64,000 bases of DNA from Candidatus Bathyarchaeota archaeon (GTDB taxonomy: Archaea > Thermoproteota > Bathyarchaeia > TCS64). Positions 47,669 through 58,727 of this stretch are shown here, piece after piece. Position numbers and translations under genes: made by a program. The stretch lies in assembly GCA_026014875.1 (NCBI GenBank), contig JAOZHO010000050.1, forward strand, positions 36,090-100,089. The letters are read 5' to 3'. Under the pieces are notes generated by a model. That model ran no database searches. It saw nothing but the letters and a program-made list of their open reading frames with translations, and had not been told where the DNA came from. Each line of letters starts with the position of its first letter. The stretch's first letter is position 1.

Positions 47669-47894
47669 TGTAGCACGGAACTCCGGCCTTTCTCCAAGCG
47701 TCCCTGGCGGCGGCACTCGTCGATCAACCACGGCCGCTAGCCCGTGTACCTCGGTTCTCTCGGCCGTCAGCACCTGTGCCTTCGCACATATCCGGATGGT
47801 CCCAGGCTAACCCGAGCCTCGCCCTCCGCTTCCCGCCCCCTTGCGAGGGTTTTCCGCTTCGCGCTTTTCCGTCTATGCTTTTATCCGTGCTACA
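47669..47894 (-). ncRNA. Candidate ~226-nt structured non-coding RNA of unknown class
   Basis: 11-bp perfect end-closing helix TGTAGCACGGA/TCCGTGCTACA; minus-strand hairpins CCCUC-GCAA-GGGGG, UGUGC-GAAG-GCACA, AGGCU/AGCCU and ACGGCCG/CGGCCGU; TATA-like TTATGAAA 19-26 nt upstream. Confidence 0.55.
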
Positions 47895-48192
47895 GAACTA
47901 TACCCGACATGATTTCATAATATCCTTACGTTTCTCCAAAACCCCAAAACACATACCTGAACAACGTAATAATGACCAATTATTGCCCCATGTCTGTTAA
48001 GAATGTCCCCTAATGATGAGACCAAATAATATTGAGGTGTGAGGCTCAATACAACCCCCCTTATCGAGGGATCTTTCCATGTATGATTTCAGGGATTAAA
48101 TTATGAATAAACCTACCTGAGCCCCCTCGGAGAAACATATAAATTACCGGGCGCTCCTTTCAGGACATTGACCCAAGGAGAGAATTTGAAAC

Positions 48193-48783
48193 TTGTCGAG
48201 GGCAGTCAGGGACAAGTGGAGGAGGAAGGAATGGTACGACATCTACCTCCCCCGCTACTTCGGAGAGACCAAGGTGGGCGAGACCCCCTCCGGAGACCCC
48301 TCGAAGATCATGGGCAGGGTGTACAACACGACCCTCGCCGCGATCACCGGGGACTTTTCCCAGGAGTACCTAAAGATGTACTTCCAGATCATCGGGATCG
48401 AGGAGAACACGGCCCAGACCGTCTTCAAGGGTCACGAGTACCTCAGGGACTACCTCCGAAGCTTAGTTAGGCGGAGGAGCACCAAGGTCGACGGGTTCTT
48501 CAGGATCGACACCATCGACGGATACAAACTCAAAATAGTCGTGACCGCGCTCACGAACAGCCGGATCCAGACCTCCAAGGAGAAGGCGATCCGGGACATC
48601 ATGCGGGACGTGGTGGAGGAGAAGGCCAAAACCCTGGATTTCGGCCAGATAGTCCACGAGATGGTGCTAGGGAAGCTCGCCTCCGACGTCTACAACGAGG
48701 CCCGGAAGATAACCAGTCTCAGGCACGTCGGGGTCCGAAAGTCAGAGCTCCTCGGGATGCCCGCCTTAGTCCCCCGAGTTTAA
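48193..48783 (+). CDS. rps3ae: 30S ribosomal protein S3Ae
   Basis: RDKWRRKEWY, FKGHEYLRDYLRSLVRRRSTKVD, RKSELL. Confidence 0.96.
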   Translation: MSRAVRDKWRRKEWYDIYLPRYFGETKVGETPSGDPSKIMGRVYNTTLAAITGDFSQEYLKMYFQIIGIEENTAQTVFKGHEYLRDYLRSLVRRRSTKVDGFFRIDTIDGYKLKIVVTALTNSRIQTSKEKAIRDIMRDVVEEKAKTLDFGQIVHEMVLGKLASDVYNEARKITSLRHVGVRKSELLGMPALVPRV

Positions 48784-48817
48784 ATTCTAAGAGCTGCTTC
48801 TATCCATAGGCTGATCC

Positions 48818-49432
48818 ATGGATCCAAGACGCGATGTAGCCCGGGAGGCCGCCCGCCTCCTCTACACGGAAGCCTCAGAGGAGTACTTACACGCTAAGGA
48901 GCGGGCAGCCCGGAGCCTGGGAGTCCAAACAATGCCAAGCAACCACGAGGTGGCCGTCGAACTCGACCTCCTGACAGACGAGATCGAGGGAAAAACCCGA
49001 GCTGAACTCATCCTCAAGATGAGGGATCTCGCCCTCGGGCTGATGAGGATCCTCTCGGATGTTAGACCTGTTCTGAGGGGAAGCGTCTGGAGGGGGACGG
49101 CCCGCAAGGGGAGCGACATCGACATCGACGTCTACTCGAACGAGCCCATTGAAGTCAAGAACCTCTTGGAAGACTCGGGGTACCGCGTGACCGGATTCCA
49201 AGAGAAAGTAGCCGTGAGCGGGAGGATGATGTCGAGATCGATTCATATTCAGGTCCGTCTGGAAGATGAGATCGAGGGGGAGGTCGTCGTGAGGCCCGTC
49301 GAGGAGCATGGTCTCGAGGTGCGGTGCGAAGTATATGGCGACGCGAAAAAGGGGCTACGCCTCCCCGAGCTGGAAAAGCTTATGAACACGGACCCCCTCC
49401 GAAAGTTCGTCCCCAGAAGGCGTTATCGATGA
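48818..49432 (+). CDS. Nucleotidyltransferase-domain protein with N-terminal helical domain
   Basis: LRGSVWRG...SDIDIDVY pol-beta motif. Confidence 0.8.
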   Translation: MDPRRDVAREAARLLYTEASEEYLHAKERAARSLGVQTMPSNHEVAVELDLLTDEIEGKTRAELILKMRDLALGLMRILSDVRPVLRGSVWRGTARKGSDIDIDVYSNEPIEVKNLLEDSGYRVTGFQEKVAVSGRMMSRSIHIQVRLEDEIEGEVVVRPVEEHGLEVRCEVYGDAKKGLRLPELEKLMNTDPLRKFVPRRRYR

Positions 49433-50778
49433 GACTATTTGGCTCTTCAGGAATAAGGGGAATTGCCAACGTAGATATCACTCCATTATTGGCCCAGAAA
49501 GTTGGCGCCGCCATCGCATCGATGTTCGAGGGCGGCGCCGTCCTCGTCGGGAGAGACCCAAGGCTATCCGGGGAGATGATCGAGCTAGCCTTATCCTCGG
49601 GTCTCGTATCCTGTGGATTCGTCGTGGGAACCCTGGGGGTCGTACCCACTCCCGTGGTGGCATGGCTCACGAGGGAGATGCAGGCTGAGGCCGGAGTAGC
49701 CATCAGCGCCAGCCATAACCCACCTCAATACAACGGGCTCAAGATATTCGACTCCACCGGGATGGCCTACACGATGGAGCAACAGGAAAGCCTCGAGGAG
49801 CGCATCCACAAGGGGGAGAATGCGGCTTCTGATTGGAACCGCGCGGGGCATGTTGAGGCGATGGACCTGAAGAGGCTCTACATCGATGCGATCTCCGAGC
49901 TTGTCGAGGCCCCCCTAGAGCAGCGGCTCGTATGCGACCTGTTCAACGGGGCCACCATATCCATCGCAAAAGATCTATTCGAAGAACTCGGTAGCCAGAC
50001 AATCCTGATCAACGCCCAGCCCGACGGGCATTTCCCAGCTGGCAACCCCGAGCCGAACAAGGAATCCCTCCAAAGGCTCGGAAAAATGGTTAAAGCCTCG
50101 GGGGCTGAGATCGGCTTCGGATTCGACGGTGACGGGGACAGGATGATGCCCGTCGACGAGAATGGAGAAACCCCGAGCCCCGACAGGGTCATGGCTGCGT
50201 ACGCTGGATACGTCGTGAGGGCCAACGGCGGAGGGACAGTGGTTACCCACGTGGGGGCCTCCATGTCCGTCGAGGAGGCGGTTGAGGCAGCCGGGGGCAG
50301 CGTCGTCAGAACGAAAGTAGGGGACGTCCATATCACAGAAGCCATGCTGGAAACGGGGGCAATCTTCGGAGGCGAACCTGTGGGGGCGTGGATCCACCCC
50401 GATATCCATCTTTGCCCAGACGGCCTTCTATCGGCAGTGAGGCTGATGCAGGCATTGGACTCCGACGGGAAGACTCTCTCCCAGTTCGTTTCAAGCATCC
50501 CCGAGTACCCCACCCTCAGGGCGAAGGTCTCGTGCCCCAACTCGGAGAAGGATGCAGCGATGGGCTCGATATCCGATATTGGAGAGGAGTTCGGGGAGGT
50601 CACGGACATCTCCACAGTGGACGGAGTCCGCCTTCAACTCGAGGACGGCTGGGTGCTGATTAGACCCTCTGGTACCGAGCCCATCATAAGGATCACCGTC
50701 GAGGCCCATGACGCGGAGCGAGCGAGAGGACTCTTAGAGACCAGCAAGTACTTTGTTCAATCAGTTTTAGGTGGATGA
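49429..50778 (+). CDS. glmM: Phosphoglucosamine mutase / phosphohexomutase
   Basis: LFGSSGIRG, ISASHNPPQYNG, FDGDGDR, IRPSGTEP; ATG 49429 overlaps the upstream stop. Confidence 0.9.
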   Translation: MRLFGSSGIRGIANVDITPLLAQKVGAAIASMFEGGAVLVGRDPRLSGEMIELALSSGLVSCGFVVGTLGVVPTPVVAWLTREMQAEAGVAISASHNPPQYNGLKIFDSTGMAYTMEQQESLEERIHKGENAASDWNRAGHVEAMDLKRLYIDAISELVEAPLEQRLVCDLFNGATISIAKDLFEELGSQTILINAQPDGHFPAGNPEPNKESLQRLGKMVKASGAEIGFGFDGDGDRMMPVDENGETPSPDRVMAAYAGYVVRANGGGTVVTHVGASMSVEEAVEAAGGSVVRTKVGDVHITEAMLETGAIFGGEPVGAWIHPDIHLCPDGLLSAVRLMQALDSDGKTLSQFVSSIPEYPTLRAKVSCPNSEKDAAMGSISDIGEEFGEVTDISTVDGVRLQLEDGWVLIRPSGTEPIIRITVEAHDAERARGLLETSKYFVQSVLGG

Positions 50779-52055
50779 AAATGAAAGCTGTCATTCTAGC
50801 GGCGGGGAAGGGGGAACGGCTGAGACCCCTCACCGACACCAAGCCTAAACACATACTCCCTGTCGGTGGCGCGCCCCTTCTTGAATGGCCCCTCCGAGGC
50901 CTCGCCGAGGTGGGGATCAGCGAGGCGCTCATCGTGACCCACTACATGGAGGATCAGATCAAAGCTCAGTTGGGGGACGGCTCGAGCCTCGGGATCTCGA
51001 TAAGCTACGCCCGTCAGGATGAGATGAAGGGGACAGCCGACGCCTTCGCCGTGGGCGAGGCCTTCGTTGGCGACGATGAGTTCATCGGGTTCTATGGCGA
51101 CGGATTCATCACCGTCGAGAGTTTCAAGGCGGTCCTGGATGCCCACTGGACGGGAGAAACGACTCTGGGAGTCATCCGTGTAGACGACCCGTCAATGCTG
51201 GCGGCCGTGGAGCTGGATGGAGACCGTGTCACCCGACTTGTGGAGAAGCCCCCGAAGGGTGAGGCGCCCAGCAACCTCGCGAATACCGGGATTTATGTGT
51301 TCACTCCCGAGATATTCGACCGTATCAGAGATACCGGCCTCTCCTCCCGGGGAGAGTACGAAGTGACGGACTCGATAGTGTCACTGATCGAATCCGGGGC
51401 GAGGGTAAAGGCCGCTATACTCCCCCAAGAGGGCTGGATGGACGTGGGGCAGCCTTGGGACCTCCTGGAAGCCAACGCTAGGGCGCTCAGCGGATTAGCC
51501 TCCTCTAGGAGTGGGGATGTGGAGGACGGTGTCAGCATAAGTGGCCCAGTCCACATTGAGAAAGGCGCGAGGATCAGATCTGGAACGTACATCGAAGGGC
51601 CAGTATATATCGGCCCGGATAGCGACATTGGCCCCAACTGCTACATTCGACCTTGCACGAGCATAGGCGCGGGCGTTAGGATAGGGAACGCGTGTGAAGT
51701 AAAGAACAGCATCGTCATGGATAGCAGCCATATCGCTCATCTCTCGTATGTCGGGGATAGCGTGATTGGGGAGGGCTGTAACTTCGGGGCTGGAACGATT
51801 ACCGCAAACATCAGGTTCGACAAGAAGAACGTCAAGATGAACATCAAAGGAAGAAGCGTCGACTCGGGATGCCGCAAGCTCGGAGCCGTGGTGGGTGACA
51901 ACGCTCAGACGGGGATCAATGTGAGCCTCCTCCCGGGGATCAAGATAGGATCAGAAGCCTGGGTCGCACCCGGCCTTGTTGCGGACGAGGATGTGCCTTC
52001 AGGGTATTTTCTGAAAAAAGATGAATGTGTCCCCCGGAAAGACATGGACGACTAG
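50775..52055 (+). CDS. glmU: Bifunctional sugar-1-phosphate nucleotidyltransferase/acetyltransferase (archaeal GlmU type)
   Basis: LAAGKGERLRPLT...PK, hexapeptide beta-helix, HLSYVGDS. Confidence 0.9.
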   Translation: MKMKAVILAAGKGERLRPLTDTKPKHILPVGGAPLLEWPLRGLAEVGISEALIVTHYMEDQIKAQLGDGSSLGISISYARQDEMKGTADAFAVGEAFVGDDEFIGFYGDGFITVESFKAVLDAHWTGETTLGVIRVDDPSMLAAVELDGDRVTRLVEKPPKGEAPSNLANTGIYVFTPEIFDRIRDTGLSSRGEYEVTDSIVSLIESGARVKAAILPQEGWMDVGQPWDLLEANARALSGLASSRSGDVEDGVSISGPVHIEKGARIRSGTYIEGPVYIGPDSDIGPNCYIRPCTSIGAGVRIGNACEVKNSIVMDSSHIAHLSYVGDSVIGEGCNFGAGTITANIRFDKKNVKMNIKGRSVDSGCRKLGAVVGDNAQTGINVSLLPGIKIGSEAWVAPGLVADEDVPSGYFLKKDECVPRKDMDD

Positions 52056-52091
52056 TGAATCAGATTTATATTTCATCATTTCCCTTTCTCA

Positions 52092-52433
52092 GTGGAACCG
52101 ATGGAAAAGAAGAAATTCAGGGAACTCTTCCCCCACCTAGCCGATGAGCTCGTGAACGGAAAGAGCGTCGCGGATCTCGAGGGCGAGACGATCAGACAGA
52201 AAAGATCCCTCAACGCGAATCGGAGATGGAACGGGTACGACCCTGATATCATCGACTTCATTCGCCGCTGCGAGACACATGAACAGGCGGCGAAGATCAT
52301 TGATTACATGTCGAACGAGGGGGAGATCTCCTCTGAGATGGCGGAGAAACTAAGAAGACAACTCGAGGAGGGAGGCGTCAGGAGCTTTGGCAAGCTTAAA
52401 GAGAAGGGATATTATCACAGGAACGCACGCTAA
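52092..52433 (+). CDS. Conserved archaeal protein (DUF2095-like)
   Basis: KKKFRELFPHLA...GYDPDIIDFIRRC...RSFG..K..GYY pattern. Confidence 0.75.
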   Translation: MEPMEKKKFRELFPHLADELVNGKSVADLEGETIRQKRSLNANRRWNGYDPDIIDFIRRCETHEQAAKIIDYMSNEGEISSEMAEKLRRQLEEGGVRSFGKLKEKGYYHRNAR

Positions 52434-52540
52434 AACTGTTTTCTCAGGTTCCATAGACGGTAATTTCTAAACTGGTTCACGATTCAGTAGGGTTGAAATC
52501 TCGGGACAAGAGGTTTAAGCCCAGGGCATCAGTTATTTAG

Positions 52541-53761
52541 TTGATTCAGTTGGCTCGTATTGTTGGGCTCGTGGGTAAGGCGAATGTCGGCAAGAGCACG
52601 TTTTTCGCAGCCGCCACCATGAAGGCTGTAGACATAGCAGGCTTCCCCTTCACTACCATCAAGGCCAACAAGGGAGTCGCATACCTCCGATCACCCTGTG
52701 TATGTCAGGAACTCGGGATCAAGGATGATCCTGTCAACTCCGCTTGCGTCGATGGGGTCCGCCTCGTCCCAGTCGACTTCATCGACTGTCCGGGTCTCAT
52801 CCGGGGAGCCCACCAGGGCAAGGGGCTGGGGAACCAGTTCCTCGACGAGGTGAGGAGGGCCGACGCCCTTATCGTGGTTGTTGATGTGGCTGGAGCGACG
52901 GACGATAACGGCCAACCTGTCCCCCCGGGGAGCCACGACCCCGTCGAGGATGTGCGGATGCTTGAGGAGGAGTTCGATCTCTGGCTCACGGGGATCCTCA
53001 GGAAGGACTGGGAAAAGACTGCTAGGACCGCCCAAGCTGCCCGGGAGGAGATTGGGCGCCACCTAGAGGAGAAACTCACAGGTCTGGGGATGAACAGGTT
53101 TCACATCGCGGAGGCCGTGGAGAAACGGGGGCTGAATCCCCATGCTGCTTTAAGCTGGAGCCCCGACGATATCCTTGGATTTGCTACGGAACTCAGGAAG
53201 GCCTCGAAGCCCCTCATCGTGGCGGCGAACAAGGCTGACAAGGGGCCCGCTGAGGAAAATATGCGCATCCTCAAGGAGGTAGGCTATCAGGTCGTCCCCA
53301 CCTGTGCGGAGGCTGAGCTGTCCCTCAGGAGGGCGACCGCCGCCGGCCTCATCCAATACACCCCTGGGGACAGCGATTTCGAGATCCCTGAGCCGGAGAA
53401 ACTTTCGGGAGGCCAGACTAAGGGCCTGCAGCTTATCCGCGAGAGGGTTCTCGATAATTGGGGCTCCACGGGTGTCCAGGAGGTTATCAACTCCGCCTTT
53501 TTCCAGCTCCTAGATACTATACCCGTCTACCCCGTCGAGGACGCCGAGAAGCTCACCGACCACCAGGGGAGGGTTCTACCGGACTGCTACCTCGTCCCCC
53601 GGGGGACCACGGCGAAGCAGTTCGCCTCCCTCATCCACACGGAGCTCGGGGAGAGCTTCATATTTGCCATTGATGCGAGGACCAAGAAGAGGCTGGGCGA
53701 AGGCCACACCCTGAACAAGGACGATATCATCCAGATCGTTGCAGCGAAATCCCGGAGGTAG
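52541..53761 (+). CDS. ychF: YchF/Obg-family P-loop NTPase with TGS domain
   Basis: GKANVGKST, FPFTTI, DCPGL, GLGNQFL, ANKAD, C-terminal TGS. Confidence 0.9.
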   Translation: MIQLARIVGLVGKANVGKSTFFAAATMKAVDIAGFPFTTIKANKGVAYLRSPCVCQELGIKDDPVNSACVDGVRLVPVDFIDCPGLIRGAHQGKGLGNQFLDEVRRADALIVVVDVAGATDDNGQPVPPGSHDPVEDVRMLEEEFDLWLTGILRKDWEKTARTAQAAREEIGRHLEEKLTGLGMNRFHIAEAVEKRGLNPHAALSWSPDDILGFATELRKASKPLIVAANKADKGPAEENMRILKEVGYQVVPTCAEAELSLRRATAAGLIQYTPGDSDFEIPEPEKLSGGQTKGLQLIRERVLDNWGSTGVQEVINSAFFQLLDTIPVYPVEDAEKLTDHQGRVLPDCYLVPRGTTAKQFASLIHTELGESFIFAIDARTKKRLGEGHTLNKDDIIQIVAAKSRR

Positions 53762-53771
53762 GCCAGGACCC

Positions 53772-54677
53772 ATGGACGGACCCCGGGTTCTGGTCTGCGA
53801 TCACATACACGACGACGGCGTCAACATTCTTAGGGAAGCCGGCTACATCGTTGACCTCAGGACCTCGATCACAGCCTCTGAGTTGGTTGAAGCTGTCGGA
53901 GACTTCGATGCTATCGTCGTCAGGAGCCGGACCAAGGTGACCGAGCAAGTCTTGGAGGCGGGGAAGAGGCTTAAGGCCGTAGCTAGGGCTGGAGTGGGCC
54001 TCGACAACATCGACTTGAAGGCCGTCAAGCGGCTCGGGATCATCGTGGTTAACTCCCCGGAGGCCCCAAGCAACGCTGTGGCCGAGCTCGTGCTGGGGCT
54101 CATGCTCAGCCTCGCCAGGAGGATTCCCGAAGCCGACGACAGCATGAAGAAGGGGAAGTGGATCAAGAAACAGCTCACGGGGATAGAGCTGAAAGGCAAG
54201 ACCCTCGGGATCATAGGCTTCGGGCGAATAGGGTACCAGCTCGCGAAGAAAGCGGGGGCCTTGGAGATGCGGGTGCTGACCGCGCGCCGCGCGCGCGGGG
54301 AGGAAGCCGGGGTGGATGCTGTGGACTTGAATGAACTCCTCAGGTCATCGGACTTTGTCACTGTCCATGTCCCCCTGCTCCCCCAGACGAAACATATGAT
54401 TGGGACCGAGGAGATAAGCGCAATGAAGGACGGCGCCTACCTGATCAACGTTGCTAGGGGAGGAGTTATCGACGAGGAGGCTCTGAGGAAGGCGCTGGTG
54501 AGTGGTAAGCTGGCGGGAGCAGCCTTGGACGTCTATGAGGAGGAGCCCCCCCAGGACCTTTCACTCACAGGGTTACAAAACGTGGTGAGCTTGCCCCATA
54601 TCGGAGCGGCGACGGTCGAGGCTCAGAGAGCCAACAGCACCGTCGTGGCGGAGAAATTGATCAAGATACTGGGCTGA
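53772..54677 (+). CDS. serA: D-2-hydroxyacid dehydrogenase (D-3-phosphoglycerate dehydrogenase-like)
   Basis: RAGVGLDNID, GFGRIG, HVPL, NVARG, LDVYEEEP, PHIGA; abnormal CG tract after the Rossmann beta-2 strand. Confidence 0.82.
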   Translation: MDGPRVLVCDHIHDDGVNILREAGYIVDLRTSITASELVEAVGDFDAIVVRSRTKVTEQVLEAGKRLKAVARAGVGLDNIDLKAVKRLGIIVVNSPEAPSNAVAELVLGLMLSLARRIPEADDSMKKGKWIKKQLTGIELKGKTLGIIGFGRIGYQLAKKAGALEMRVLTARRARGEEAGVDAVDLNELLRSSDFVTVHVPLLPQTKHMIGTEEISAMKDGAYLINVARGGVIDEEALRKALVSGKLAGAALDVYEEEPPQDLSLTGLQNVVSLPHIGAATVEAQRANSTVVAEKLIKILG

Positions 54678-54734
54678 GCCCGGATGCCTGGTTTTATAGA
54701 TTAAGATAATGCGATAATGGGAATTTTTTTCAGG

Positions 54735-55202
54735 TTAATGCTGGTTCCCGCTGATCCAGCCAACGTCCTTGTCCGACTTTATTGACGGGCTGCTGGGATC
54801 GACTAGAATTACTTCGAACCACTTGGAAACCCCGTCCTCCCAGACCCAGTACGAGTTGAGGACCTCGAGGTTGGGATACTTCCTGGCCACCCTCTCTTCG
54901 CCTATCAGCTTGATGCTCTTCGCAGGAGTGTACTTCTTGACGCCCATCCTCTTCTGGCGCCTCCCCATTTTGGGTCTTGGCTTGCGCCGTCCCCCTCGCC
55001 GCACCCTCACCCGGACCATGACGAAACCCTTCTTGGCCTTGTAACCAAGGCGCCTAGCCCGGTCTATCCTTGTGGGCTTATCGATCCTCACGATGACCGG
55101 CTGACGGCGCCAGATTATGACTCGCTGCCGCATCAGGCCTCTGATGTAGCTCTGGCTAGGCTTTTTCCATGCCTTCTGGAGGTGGCGGTACATTCTGTTC
55201 AT
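54735..55202 (-). CDS. rpl15e: 50S ribosomal protein L15e (short C-terminus)
   Basis: [40 protein letters not shown]. Confidence 0.95.
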   Translation of the reverse strand: MNRMYRHLQKAWKKPSQSYIRGLMRQRVIIWRRQPVIVRIDKPTRIDRARRLGYKAKKGFVMVRVRVRRGGRRKPRPKMGRRQKRMGVKKYTPAKSIKLIGEERVARKYPNLEVLNSYWVWEDGVSKWFEVILVDPSSPSIKSDKDVGWISGNQH

Positions 55203-55325
55203 CCTCGCTGAGCGAAACTATCGAACAAAACAGTCTTCGTTAATATAAACGTTGAGGGCTTGCTCTAATCGCAACGGATGTCCCTGCACTCTGAATAGAT
55301 AGGGAAAATGGGTAGGAGTTGGCTT

Positions 55326-57335
55326 CTACCGTATTAGCGCGTAGGCTATGATGAGGGGTGCAAAGAGAGACGCGATCTGGCTCATCACGGTGACAAGGGT
55401 ATTCAGCGATGGCCCCGCGGTGTCCTTGAAGGGATCCCCTACGGTGTCCCCGATGACGGCAGCCTTGTGAGCGTCTGAGCCTTTGCCCCCGAAGTGGCCA
55501 GACTCCACGTATTTCTTGGCGTTGTCCCAGAGACCCCCTGAGTTGGCCATGAGGATGGCCAGGAAGAAACCGCTGAAGATGGCGCCGCTGAGGTATCCTC
55601 CGAGGGCGTGAATCCCTCCGATGAAACCGAGGACCAACGTGCTGACGATGCTAAAGACGATGAGAGGCATGAGCTCCTTGAGGGCCCCCACGGTGGCGAT
55701 ATTGATGCATGCATTATAGTCGGGCTTCCCGGTGCCCTCCATGAGCCCCGGGATCTCCCTGAACTGGCGACGTATCTCCTCGATCATTCTGAAGGCGTTC
55801 TTGGAGACTCCTAGGATGATCATTGCGGAGAATATGATTGGAATCGACATTCCGATGAATATACCCATCATCACGAGGGGATTCATCAGGTTGAAGACGA
55901 TGGGCTCTCCCGTTATGCTCATCACGATCTCCTGGAATGAAGCAAGTAGAGCTAGTGCCGTGAGTCCTGCGGCCCCTATCGCGAAGCCCTTTGTGATGGC
56001 CTTGGTTGTATTCCCTGCGGCGTCGATCTCATCAGTTATATCCACGACGTCTTCCCCGAGCTCAGCCATCTCAGCGATGCCCTTGGCGTTGTCTCCAATA
56101 GGGCCATAGGCGTCTCCGGCGATGATGATCCCCGCTATAGAGAGCATCCCAACGGCGGCGATGCCGATCCCGTAGACCCCGTAGAGGGAGAAGGAGATGG
56201 CGGCACCGATGCCTATCCCCAAGAGAGCGGGGAAGCAGCTGATGAGGCCATAGGAGAAGCCTGTGAGTATGCTGATGGCGGCCCCGGTCTGGGCTGCCTC
56301 GGCCGTCTTGATGGCTGGGGACCTGTTGATGGAGGTGTAGTAGTCGGAGGTCATCCCGATGACTATGCCTGCTAGGAGGCCTGCGATGTTGGCGTACCAT
56401 ATTTTGATGTCGTATCCTAGGTACCATGTGGCCGCATAGGTGAAAACTCCGAAGGCGAGTGTCGTGGTATACGTTCCCAGGTTCAGGGACTTCCCGGGGT
56501 CTCCATTTTTTCCCACCCTGACCAAGGCTATTCCGATAATTGATGCGATGATCCCGAGCCCTGCGAAGACGAGGGGCAGGGTCACGAGGTACGGGATCTG
56601 AGATGAAGCTCCCAGGATCATTGCGGCCATGATCGCCGCAATGTATGAGTCGAACAGGTCGGCGCCGGAGCCTGCGCAGTCCCCGACGTTGTCCCCCACG
56701 TTGTCCGCGATGACTGCGGGGTTCCTCGGGTCATCCTCGGGGATGCCGAGCTCGATCTTGCCCACGAGGTCGGCCGCGATGTCCGCCGTCTTGGTGAATA
56801 TGCCTCCCCCCGCCTTCATGAAGAGGGTGAGGGTGCTGGCCCCTATGCTCATCCCGAGGAGGAGGTCAGGGTCCCCGGTGATCCAGTAGACGATGCTGAT
56901 GCCCGCGAGGGCGAGCCCGACCACCATGAGGCCCATGACCGCTCCGCCCCGGAACGCGATGGGGAATGCCTCCGTGAGACCCCCCTTCCGGGCTGCGTTG
57001 GCGGTCCTGACGTTGGCCCTCACCGCGACCTCCAAACCGATGACCCCAGCCAAGGCGGACAAGACCGTACCGAAGACATACGTGATGCCGATCTTCACGC
57101 CCAGAAACGCTGAGAGCGCAACGGCCATGACGGCCACGAACATCCCCAGGTACTTGTACTCCGTCTTGATGAATGCCCTCGATCCCTCCTGGATCCATCC
57201 CGCGATCTCCTTCATCCTGTCCGTCCCAGCATCCTTGCGGATGACGTACTGGAAAAGGAAGAGCCCAAGCCCGATTGAGATCACCGATGCGACGGGCGCG
57301 ATTAACCATGGATCGAACGAAACCAACATTATCAC
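55326..57335 (-). CDS. hppA: Membrane-bound pyrophosphatase, K+-independent H+-pumping type
   Basis: [15 protein letters not shown] (Lys variant marks the K+-independent subfamily), [17 protein letters not shown]. Confidence 0.93.
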   Translation of the reverse strand: MIMLVSFDPWLIAPVASVISIGLGLFLFQYVIRKDAGTDRMKEIAGWIQEGSRAFIKTEYKYLGMFVAVMAVALSAFLGVKIGITYVFGTVLSALAGVIGLEVAVRANVRTANAARKGGLTEAFPIAFRGGAVMGLMVVGLALAGISIVYWITGDPDLLLGMSIGASTLTLFMKAGGGIFTKTADIAADLVGKIELGIPEDDPRNPAVIADNVGDNVGDCAGSGADLFDSYIAAIMAAMILGASSQIPYLVTLPLVFAGLGIIASIIGIALVRVGKNGDPGKSLNLGTYTTTLAFGVFTYAATWYLGYDIKIWYANIAGLLAGIVIGMTSDYYTSINRSPAIKTAEAAQTGAAISILTGFSYGLISCFPALLGIGIGAAISFSLYGVYGIGIAAVGMLSIAGIIIAGDAYGPIGDNAKGIAEMAELGEDVVDITDEIDAAGNTTKAITKGFAIGAAGLTALALLASFQEIVMSITGEPIVFNLMNPLVMMGIFIGMSIPIIFSAMIILGVSKNAFRMIEEIRRQFREIPGLMEGTGKPDYNACINIATVGALKELMPLIVFSIVSTLVLGFIGGIHALGGYLSGAIFSGFFLAILMANSGGLWDNAKKYVESGHFGGKGSDAHKAAVIGDTVGDPFKDTAGPSLNTLVTVMSQIASLFAPLIIAYALIR

Positions 57336-57374
57336 CGTTATTCCTGAATTAAATCTTTCAAGTGTTCGCCGAGA

Positions 57375-58690
57375 TCATATAAAAGGTTGGTGGGAGGGGT
57401 AGTCTCTCAAACTCTCCGGTGGGAGACATATCTGCATCTCGGTATCCCGTCTGCCGGGCATAATCAGGAACGCTGTGAGGGACCCCAGGAAGCAGACGAA
57501 GCGCTGGAACGGCGTCAACGGAACGACCTTGAAGATCGGGTTGAGCGCTGTTATGTACAGAATCGCCAACGGCATTGCTACGGAGAGCATGATCGAGATG
57601 AAGCGCATCTTGTTCTCGGCCCATCCCTTCCATCCAAGGCTGAAGATGTGGTGTGTCTCGGACAGGCACTGGTAGGAGAGGAAGAACTCAAAGAAGACGA
57701 TGCTGGTGAACGCGAAAGTCCTGGCGGTCGTGGCTGCTAACTCGTAATCGCCAGTCGCCATCCACGTCGTGCTGAACATCTATATATTAACGGAATGAAG
57801 CCCACGAGCGCCGCGAAGATGATGAATCACCAGAACCTCGTGAGCAGCCCCTCCTTCGGGCCCCGAGCGGATACTTCATCAGGGGGGTCCTGAGAATCGA
57901 TGCTCAACGCAACGGCGGGTAGACCATCGGTGACTAGGTTGACCCAGAGGATGTGAATCGGTAAGAACTGCCGAGGCAGGCCCAGGAGGGTCACAATTGT
58001 GATCTCGATGAACTCGTCGAAGCTAGTCGCAAGCATCAATCGGAGGTACTTGTTGACGTTGTCGTAGATGTGGCACCCTCCTTGGATGGCCCTCACGATG
58101 GTGGCGAAGTTGTCATCCTCGAGGATCATGTCAAATGCCTCTCTGGTGATCTCGGTCCCTTTGATTCCCATTGCGATTTCGATATCCACCGCCTTCAATG
58201 CAGGAGCGTCGTTGACGCCGTCTCTTGTCATGGCCCCAATATGACCGTTCCTCTTCAGGGACAATGCTATACGCATCTTGTGCTCGGAGGAGATCCTGAC
58301 GAAGACTCTGACATCGTCGATCTCCTCCACCTTCTCTTCCGACATCACGGAGCCGGGGACCTTCTCTTTCAGCACCCAAATCTCTATAGCGATGGCGACG
58401 GCAGTCAGCCTGTGGTCCCCCGTCACCATCACTGTTTTTCTCCCTGTATGCTGGGTGACTTTGATGGCCTCGGGAACCTCCGCCCTCGCGGGATCGATCA
58501 TCCCGGTGAGGTCGACAAAGGCAAGACCACTCAATCTTCTCCATCCCATCCTCTTCAGCTACAGGGACCTCCTTATAGGACACGGCTAGCACCCTCAAAG
58601 CGTTGCTCGCCTATCCCTGCAAGGTGAACAGAACCTGTTCCCGGTTCTGCTCGTTGAGGGTCGAAAGATGTCCTCTGTCAGGCATGGGGA
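57375..58690 (-). pseudogene. Degraded P-type (Ca2+/PacL-like, type IIA) ATPase, C-terminal half
   Basis: Fragments ALRVLAVSYK, MIDP, MVTGDH, TRDGVNDAPALK (mutated TGDGVND), WVNLVTDGLPA in several frames, with an in-frame stop and frameshifts. Confidence 0.88.
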
Positions 58691-58727
58691 GGACTAAGTG
58701 GTGGTCTCTCCTTGTCCGTCTGTTTCA

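Noticed and set aside
47669-47894. RNase P RNA, SRP RNA or group I/II intron identity
   Set aside because: Conserved signature sequences of these families are not visible on either strand
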